This document shows, one piece after another, positions 58,365 to 64,000 of a DNA stretch of 64,000 nt; the stretch's first letter is position 1, and every line of letters begins with the position of its first letter. Origin of the DNA: Deltaproteobacteria bacterium (GTDB lineage Bacteria > Desulfobacterota > Dissulfuribacteria > Dissulfuribacterales > QOAL01); contig JALXCD010000055.1 in assembly GCA_026991135.1 (NCBI GenBank), positions 5,089-69,088 of the forward strand, read 5' to 3'. The translations under genes and the position numbers were made by a program. The notes under the pieces were generated by a model that was not told the DNA's origin, searched no databases, and worked only from the letters and a program-made list of their open reading frames with translations.

Positions 58365-58386
58365 GTTTTAGGAGAATAGGTGCCGA

Positions 58387-60546
58387 TTACCTGGTCCAGT
58401 GAAGGACATCCTTAATCACAGACCAGCGTTTTTTCCTCCTTTTTTCTTCCTTTCCAAGTATCCAGTGGTTATAGGCAATTTGGCCCACACCTGCCTTAAC
58501 TATTGAATCTATCCAGGTGTCTATAAACTTGCACCACTCCATTTGGCCGTTTGGAAGGGCAAAGGCCACAGGGGATTTGGCCTTTAGCCCTGTGGGGACG
58601 ATGACTGTATATTGTGGATAGACTAAAGTCCAAGCCGTGGCAGTTTGTGCTGTATAAATCATGGCATCCACATCCTTTAGCTTGCCCCTAAAAAAGTCAC
58701 GGGGTGAGTCAATGACCACAAGCTTAGCATTTGGAAAAAGGCGTCTTCCAGCCCCTTCCCTATATCTAAAGGCGGTGACGGCAAGGCGGAGGTTTTCCAT
58801 GGCAAGGATGTCCTCATAGGAGGAAAACCTGCTTCTTTGAAAATCAGGGACCACAAGGCCAATGTATTCATCAAGATAGCTTTTGGAAAATGTAAATTTT
58901 AATGCCCTTTGGGGGCTTACACTTATTCCCCCCACTGCTATGTCTATTCGTCCGGATTGAAGCTCATCACTTACCTTATCCCAATCTATCCTGACAACAT
59001 CAAGGCTTACGCCCATGTCCTTTGCAAGGGTCTGCATGAGTTCCATGTCATAGCCAACAATATGGCCGTTTGAGTTTTTAAATGCAAAGGGGAGCCTGTC
59101 CTTTGCATATCCTACCCTCAGCACCCCCCTTTTTTTGATGATATTCAGCCTGGAAAGCCTGCGTTCCCCAGGGGCCAAGGGCCTTGGATTGGCATCATTG
59201 TTGGTTTTGACAGTCGGCCCCAAAAGCTCCATGTTTATTAGAGTCCTATAGCCTGTGTATTTATATGGAATCGTCCTTGTCAAGATTTCGCGAAGACCAA
59301 GCATTGACAGGGCTATTATGGCAATACTTACTAGGGATACCCCTGCCATCTTTTTCCAAGTGAGCCGATTCATCATGGCACATGCGCCAAGTATACAGAT
59401 TACCACCCCCTGCATGGCGGCAATGGCAGTAACAAATCTCATGGTAAAGACACTTCCAATCATGTACAGCTCAAAAAGGTCTGACGGAAGCTTGAAAAAG
59501 TCCAGCAAAAAGGGGATTGCCACAGGCAGGGTGCCGAATGCGGAAACTATTCCAAGTCCGCAAAAGATGGGGTAATCGGAAATTGTAAGTGGAGAGCCGA
59601 TAAACCATGCAGCAAATATGACAAAGCCTATCCCGAGAATTGTGCCAGCACCTGGGAAGCTGTAGGCAGTAGGCACCAAGGCATCAATTGCAGATACTGT
59701 GGTCTTATTCCTTAATCCCTTTCTTTCTAAAAGGGCCTTTGTCTTTTCAGCTATCATTGGAAGGACAACCAGCACTGTGCCTGCGGCAAAGGCAGTGACC
59801 ATGGCAATCCTTGCCTCTTTTAAGACGTCGTTATAGGAAAAGGGGGTGGATTTTGCCACAAACATGGGCAGTGTAAAGAATGCCAGAATGAGCCAGACGG
59901 CAAGATAGACCCACAAATAGACCTGGAGTTTGCTAAGCTCTTCCACCTGTAAAGTGCCGGCGGCTGCTGCCGAAAGGGCAAAGATGCCTATTGGGGCCAA
60001 TCGAGCCACAACCGATGCCATTTTCATAAGGGCATCGCTTAGGTTTTGCATACTGAGGATAAAGCCCCTTTTTCTTTCAACTGTAATCAGGACCACGCCT
60101 AAAAATATGCTGAAAAAGACTATGGCCGGAACCACGGTGTTTGCCATGGCATAAAAGGGGTTGGCAGGGATATAGAGGTCAACAAAGTTGAGTTTTGGAA
60201 TTTCTGAGACCATGTTTGTGCTGAAAAAGGATGCAGACGGCCACTTGGGAAAGGCAAGAGGCAGTAACAACAGGGCAAGGGCTGCAACTGCCCAGATTAA
60301 AAGGATGATTAGCCCGCCCCTTAGGCCTACCAGCTTGGCAGTGTCAAAATCAAGCCTCCCAAGGCCGCCTATCAAGGAGACCATTATATATGGGATAACA
60401 GTCATTTGGAGGAGTCTTATATAGACATTTCCGAGGATATTTAACTTTCCTGCAGGTTCTCCCAAAAATATCCCAACAATAATTCCGAGAAACAGGCTCA
60501 AGAGAACCAACTGAAATGGAGTTAGGTTCAGAAGGAATTTTTTCAC
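58387..60546 (-). CDS. Fusion protein: dicarboxylate/amino-acid:cation symporter-like membrane domain plus C-terminal family-3 solute-binding domain
   Basis: N-terminal ~415 aa resemble DAACS/SDF carriers (YIRLLQMTVIPYIMVSLIGGLG, multiple helices). The C-terminal ~260 aa are SBP_bac_3-like (LRVGYAKDRLPFAF, GYDMELMQTLAKDMG, RIDIAVGGISVSPQR). Confidence 0.7.
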   Translation of the reverse strand: MKKFLLNLTPFQLVLLSLFLGIIVGIFLGEPAGKLNILGNVYIRLLQMTVIPYIMVSLIGGLGRLDFDTAKLVGLRGGLIILLIWAVAALALLLLPLAFPKWPSASFFSTNMVSEIPKLNFVDLYIPANPFYAMANTVVPAIVFFSIFLGVVLITVERKRGFILSMQNLSDALMKMASVVARLAPIGIFALSAAAAGTLQVEELSKLQVYLWVYLAVWLILAFFTLPMFVAKSTPFSYNDVLKEARIAMVTAFAAGTVLVVLPMIAEKTKALLERKGLRNKTTVSAIDALVPTAYSFPGAGTILGIGFVIFAAWFIGSPLTISDYPIFCGLGIVSAFGTLPVAIPFLLDFFKLPSDLFELYMIGSVFTMRFVTAIAAMQGVVICILGACAMMNRLTWKKMAGVSLVSIAIIALSMLGLREILTRTIPYKYTGYRTLINMELLGPTVKTNNDANPRPLAPGERRLSRLNIIKKRGVLRVGYAKDRLPFAFKNSNGHIVGYDMELMQTLAKDMGVSLDVVRIDWDKVSDELQSGRIDIAVGGISVSPQRALKFTFSKSYLDEYIGLVVPDFQRSRFSSYEDILAMENLRLAVTAFRYREGAGRRLFPNAKLVVIDSPRDFFRGKLKDVDAMIYTAQTATAWTLVYPQYTVIVPTGLKAKSPVAFALPNGQMEWCKFIDTWIDSIVKAGVGQIAYNHWILGKEEKRRKKRWSVIKDVLHWTR

Positions 60547-60652
60547 TGTTTGCTTCTTAATCCCTTGCGGAGTTTTATTGCAAAAGGATAATAATATTTA
60601 GTTTAGGTGCTCTTTCAAGTTTTTTGTGGACGGAGTAAAAAGAGGCAGGGGA

Positions 60653-60728
60653 TGGAGCCGGCAAGCGGACTCGAACCGCTGACCTGCTGATTACGAATCA
60701 GCTGCTCTACCAACTGAGCTATGCCGGC
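60653..60728 (-). tRNA. tRNA-Thr (anticodon CGT)
   Basis: Manual fold: acceptor GCCGGCA/TGCCGGC, D stem GCTC/GAGC, anticodon stem GCTGA/TCAGC with loop TTCGTAA, T stem AGCGG/CCGCT with loop TTCGAGT, encoded CCA. 76 nt. Confidence 0.9.
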
Positions 60729-60775
60729 CTTTGTAGAATTTTTATCATATTTTAAAGGAGAGGGTCAAGTTAATC

Positions 60776-61552
60776 TCATATCACAATCCTCATCATGTCT
60801 TCCGAAAGGATCACTGGCCCCTGGTATCTCTCCTGGCATGGGCCTATCATATCACTTCTATCGCAGTTTGGATAAAAGTGAGTAAGTACAAGTCTTTTTA
60901 CCCTTGCCCTTTTTGCAATCTTTCCTGCCTCTGATGGGGTCATGTGCCCTTGGACCTTGTGGCCTTCAGGAGCTGCGCATTCAAGGACCAAAAGGTCTGC
61001 ATCTCTTGAAATGTCAATGAGTTCATTGCAAAAATCCGTATCCCCTGAAAAGACAACACTTTTCCCATCAGGCCCTGTGATCTTGTAAACAAGGCTTTGG
61101 GGAGTGTGTTTTGTGTGAACGGTATCTATCACAAACGGTGGGAACTGCTGGGAAGTGGGCATGGAGACAGGGATTTCTTCAATTACGATTCTGTCATCCT
61201 GGGGAGCTGCCCACTCACCCCAGGCGGAAATAAAGCCCTCCATGAGGCTTGATATTCCCTCAGGCCCCCAGATAAAGACAGGCTTTGTCCTTTTGTAGGA
61301 CGGCGAGTATTTTGATGCAAAGATAAAGGGCACGATTTCTCCGGTGTGGTCGGGGTGAAAGTGGGTAATGAGGATTAGATCTATCTCATCCTGCCTTATC
61401 CCTGCCCTTAAAAGTCTTCTCAGTGAGCCTGCGGACATGTCAATGACTATGGTATAGCCATAGGCCCTAATACAATGGCATGGGCCTGCGCGCCTTAAGG
61501 ACGGGACACATGTGCCAGAGCCAATGGTTATTATCTCCATGAATGATGACAT
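60776..61552 (-). CDS. MBL-fold metallo-hydrolase
   Basis: ITHFHPDHTG metal motif, downstream GD and H residues, 258 aa. Specific substrate not assignable. Confidence 0.7.
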   Translation of the reverse strand: MSSFMEIITIGSGTCVPSLRRAGPCHCIRAYGYTIVIDMSAGSLRRLLRAGIRQDEIDLILITHFHPDHTGEIVPFIFASKYSPSYKRTKPVFIWGPEGISSLMEGFISAWGEWAAPQDDRIVIEEIPVSMPTSQQFPPFVIDTVHTKHTPQSLVYKITGPDGKSVVFSGDTDFCNELIDISRDADLLVLECAAPEGHKVQGHMTPSEAGKIAKRARVKRLVLTHFYPNCDRSDMIGPCQERYQGPVILSEDMMRIVI

Positions 61553-61567
61553 ATTGCCTCCTTTTGA

Positions 61568-62293
61568 CTAAAGGGTTACAAGTTCAAGCTCTCCAAAGGC
61601 GCCTATTGCATCTGCCTTTATGATCACCCCTCCCAAAACACCTGGAAAATCCCTGAGTCTGTTTAAGGCACTTTGGACATCTGCCTTTGTCCTTACAATA
61701 TTTCCAATGGAGGTTGCAAGGGCATCTGAATAGGCCCCGCTTTTTGATATGACAGTTACTGCATCGGACGCCCCAAGGCTTTTTGAATGGCCTATGGTTC
61801 CAGAAGATGTGCAGACAGCCAGAAAATTTCCTTGAGGCAAAAGCCTTATCCCTATCTTTCCTGAAAAGGGGGAATCTCCGGCCCAGATGGACATGGTTAT
61901 CTCATCTTCCACCCGCAAGACTATGTCCCCGCCATTTTCCACAATGACCTCTCCGCCGATCTGTTCAAAGATTTTTTTTGCCACAATCTCTGCAATTGTC
62001 CCTGCCACTGCTGCCATTGGGCCTACACCTGCCTTTTTGGACGCCCTTATCATCTCCTTTACTATAAAAGGGGCTAATTCATCTTCCTTCCAGGGGATAA
62101 GGGCCTCCAGAAAGCCAGGGTGGTTTCTTGCGTATGCCTCAAGCTTGCTTCTTTCCTCAATCACCCACAATGAAACCAGGTCCTTAAGGGAGGTTTTGGC
62201 CTGGATGAAAAGGTCTGTCTCCTTGTGCCTTACATTAAAAGAGACAAGGCCCCTTCTTTTCATAAAGGACCTGTAAAAGCGGCTTCTGGTCAT
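61568..62293 (-). CDS. UPF0280 family (ApbE-like fold) protein
   Basis: GPMAAVAGTIAE, VIVENGGDI, TSSGTIGHSKSLGASDAV. Confidence 0.65.
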   Translation of the reverse strand: MTRSRFYRSFMKRRGLVSFNVRHKETDLFIQAKTSLKDLVSLWVIEERSKLEAYARNHPGFLEALIPWKEDELAPFIVKEMIRASKKAGVGPMAAVAGTIAEIVAKKIFEQIGGEVIVENGGDIVLRVEDEITMSIWAGDSPFSGKIGIRLLPQGNFLAVCTSSGTIGHSKSLGASDAVTVISKSGAYSDALATSIGNIVRTKADVQSALNRLRDFPGVLGGVIIKADAIGAFGELELVTL

Positions 62294-62300
62294 TCTGTCT

Positions 62301-63326
62301 TTAGATCACGCCATGAAGCTCAGGCTTAGGCGGCCTTTCAAGAAGGGTTTTTACTGCATCCTTAGGACTTTTCCCCTCCCAGATTACCTTATAGACCTCG
62401 GCAGTTATGGGCATATCCACCTGATATTTTTTGGAAAGATTAAAAATGGACTTGGATGTCTTTACACCTTCTGCAACCATCTTCATGGAAGAAAGGATTT
62501 CTTCCATGCCTTCCCCCTTTCCAAGTCTAAGGCCAACCTGCCTGTTTCTGCTTAAATCCCCGGTGCAGGTAAGGACAAGGTCTCCAAGTCCTGCAAGCCC
62601 TGCAAAGGTAAGGGGATTTGCACCAAGCTTAAGCCCAAGCCTTGACATCTCAGCAAGGCCCCTTGTTATGAGGGCTGCCCTTGTGTTTGTGCCAAAACCC
62701 AGGCCATCTGAAATACCTGCTGCAATCGCAAGGCAGTTTTTAACAGCGCCTCCAAGCTGAACCCCTACCACATCCTGGGTGCTATAGACCCTGAAAAAAT
62801 CCGTTCCAAAAAGATCCTGGATGATGCCTGAAACCTCTTCATTAAAGGCGGCAACGGTTACTGCCGTTGGCATCCTCTGGGCCACTTCCCTTGCAAAGCT
62901 TGGCCCTGAAAGAACAGAAAGCCTTGATGAAAGGTGATCTGGCAGCTCCTCTTTAAGGACCTCTGTCATCAAAAGGAGGGTTTCGTTTTCAATGCCCTTG
63001 GCACAGGAGCAAATGACACGTGGGTTTGCATTTATAGAAGATAGGGCCTTTTTTACCTTTCTTGCCGCCTGTCTCATTCCGTGGGAGGGGACAACAAAGA
63101 TTATGGCCTCTGAATGGGATGCTGCCTCTTCAAGATCTGATGTAAAAAAAAGCCCTTCAGGGAGCCTGAAGCCAGGCAGATAACGCCTGTTTTCCCGTTC
63201 CTTTTTTAGGCTTTCACAAAGCTCTTCATTTCTTGCCCAGAGAAATGTCCTTATGCCCTTTTCGGAAAGTAGCTTTGAAAGGGCTGTTCCCCAGCTTCCT
63301 GCACCCAGGACCGTTACCTTTTCCAT
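62301..63326 (-). CDS. gpsA: NAD(P)H-dependent glycerol-3-phosphate dehydrogenase
   Basis: VTVLGAGSWGTAL, GPSFAREV, GAVKNCLAIAAG, LTCTGDLSRNRQVG. Confidence 0.93.
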   Translation of the reverse strand: MEKVTVLGAGSWGTALSKLLSEKGIRTFLWARNEELCESLKKERENRRYLPGFRLPEGLFFTSDLEEAASHSEAIIFVVPSHGMRQAARKVKKALSSINANPRVICSCAKGIENETLLLMTEVLKEELPDHLSSRLSVLSGPSFAREVAQRMPTAVTVAAFNEEVSGIIQDLFGTDFFRVYSTQDVVGVQLGGAVKNCLAIAAGISDGLGFGTNTRAALITRGLAEMSRLGLKLGANPLTFAGLAGLGDLVLTCTGDLSRNRQVGLRLGKGEGMEEILSSMKMVAEGVKTSKSIFNLSKKYQVDMPITAEVYKVIWEGKSPKDAVKTLLERPPKPELHGVI

Positions 63327-64000
63327 TACTCCTCGTTATATCCAAGCTTTGCTATTGCAGCAAGGTGGTCCCCTTCTTCAAGGCGGATAAGTTTCACTCC
63401 CTGGGCCGAACGCCCAGTTATTCTTATGTCCTTAACACTCATTCTTATTATGTTTCCGCTTGCCCCAACCAGCATTATTTCATCGTTTTCATAGGTAAGG
63501 ACAACACCCACCACCTTTCCGACCTTGGAGGATACCTTCAGGTTTATGACCCCCTTTCCGCCCCTTGATATCACCCTGTATTCAGAAAGGGGGGTCCTTT
63601 TTCCATATCCCTTTTCAGTGACTGAAAGTATGTAGCCATGGTGTTCTGTGATTACGACCATTGCCACCACCTGGTCATCGTCCTGAAGGCGGATTCCAAT
63701 GACCCCTGCAGCAACCCTTCCCATGGGCCTTATGTCAGATTCCTTGAATCTTATGGCAAGGCCGTTTCTTGTGGCAAGAAAGATGTCGGCATTTCCATCG
63801 GTTAGAGCCGCTGTGACTAGCTCATCCCCCTCCCTTATGGTGGCTGCAATTATGCCCTTTGGCCTTGGATGGGAAAAGTCTTTTAGCGGGGTCTTTTTTA
63901 CAATGCCCTTTTTTGTGGCCATTACTACAAACTTGTCATCTTCAAAGGTCCTTACTGGCACAACTGCGGCAATGTGTTCCTTCTTTTCCTTGTCAATTGG
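63326..64000 (-). CDS. gyrA: DNA gyrase subunit A, C-terminal beta-pinwheel domain (5' part lies outside the window)
   Basis: Frame stays open to the window edge. Repeated blade pattern (KKGIVKKTPLKDF, RNGLAIRFKESDIRPMGR, EKGYGKRTPLSEY, GNIIRMSVKDIRITGRSAQG). The stop overlaps the gpsA start by 1 nt. A ParC assignment cannot be fully excluded. Confidence 0.8.
   Translation of the reverse strand, partial: PIDKEKKEHIAAVVPVRTFEDDKFVVMATKKGIVKKTPLKDFSHPRPKGIIAATIREGDELVTAALTDGNADIFLATRNGLAIRFKESDIRPMGRVAAGVIGIRLQDDDQVVAMVVITEHHGYILSVTEKGYGKRTPLSEYRVISRGGKGVINLKVSSKVGKVVGVVLTYENDEIMLVGASGNIIRMSVKDIRITGRSAQGVKLIRLEEGDHLAAIAKLGYNEE

Overview
This 64-kb chromosomal window comes from an anaerobic, diderm, sulfur-metabolising bacterium, judged from canonical dsrC, Hdr/Mvh-type genes, lptE, mltA and an outer-membrane barrel. 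GC is roughly low-to-mid 40s by eye. I did not attempt a species call. I support about 66 protein genes and 2 tRNAs (Arg-TCT, Thr-CGT). I saw no rRNA, CRISPR array, transposase, integrase or phage genes.

Housekeeping blocks:
- hrcA-grpE-dnaK
- malQ
- ribD-ribE-ribBA-ribH-nusB-leuS-lptE
- mltA-mdh
- tilS-ftsH-folP-cdaA-cdaR-glmM
- rsmG-dnaB-rplI-DUF2232-rpsR-rpsF
- hsp20-lon-pfpI
- gpsA-gyrA (partial)

Regions worth a second look:
1. A tightly coupled minus-strand operon, arsR-tusA-mvhD-hdrL-hdrA-wHTH-hdrC-hdrB(-dsrE), at 22.5-30.0 kb. It wires persulfide carriers to a bifurcation-type Hdr module.
2. A divergently transcribed ORP-like cluster (NifX-like, two MinD/ferredoxin ATPases, Mrp, NifX-like) at 30.2-33.8 kb.
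3. A compositionally deviant two-gene cassette at 36.1-39.8 kb. It holds an AAA-ATPase/PD-(D/E)XK protein with a damaged start, and a polytopic pentapeptide-repeat protein.
4. A second, motif-degenerate MinD/ferredoxin pair at 39.8-41.4 kb.
5. A DAACS transporter fused to a periplasmic binding domain at 58.4-60.5 kb.

All family assignments rest on motifs read from the supplied translations. No database search was possible.
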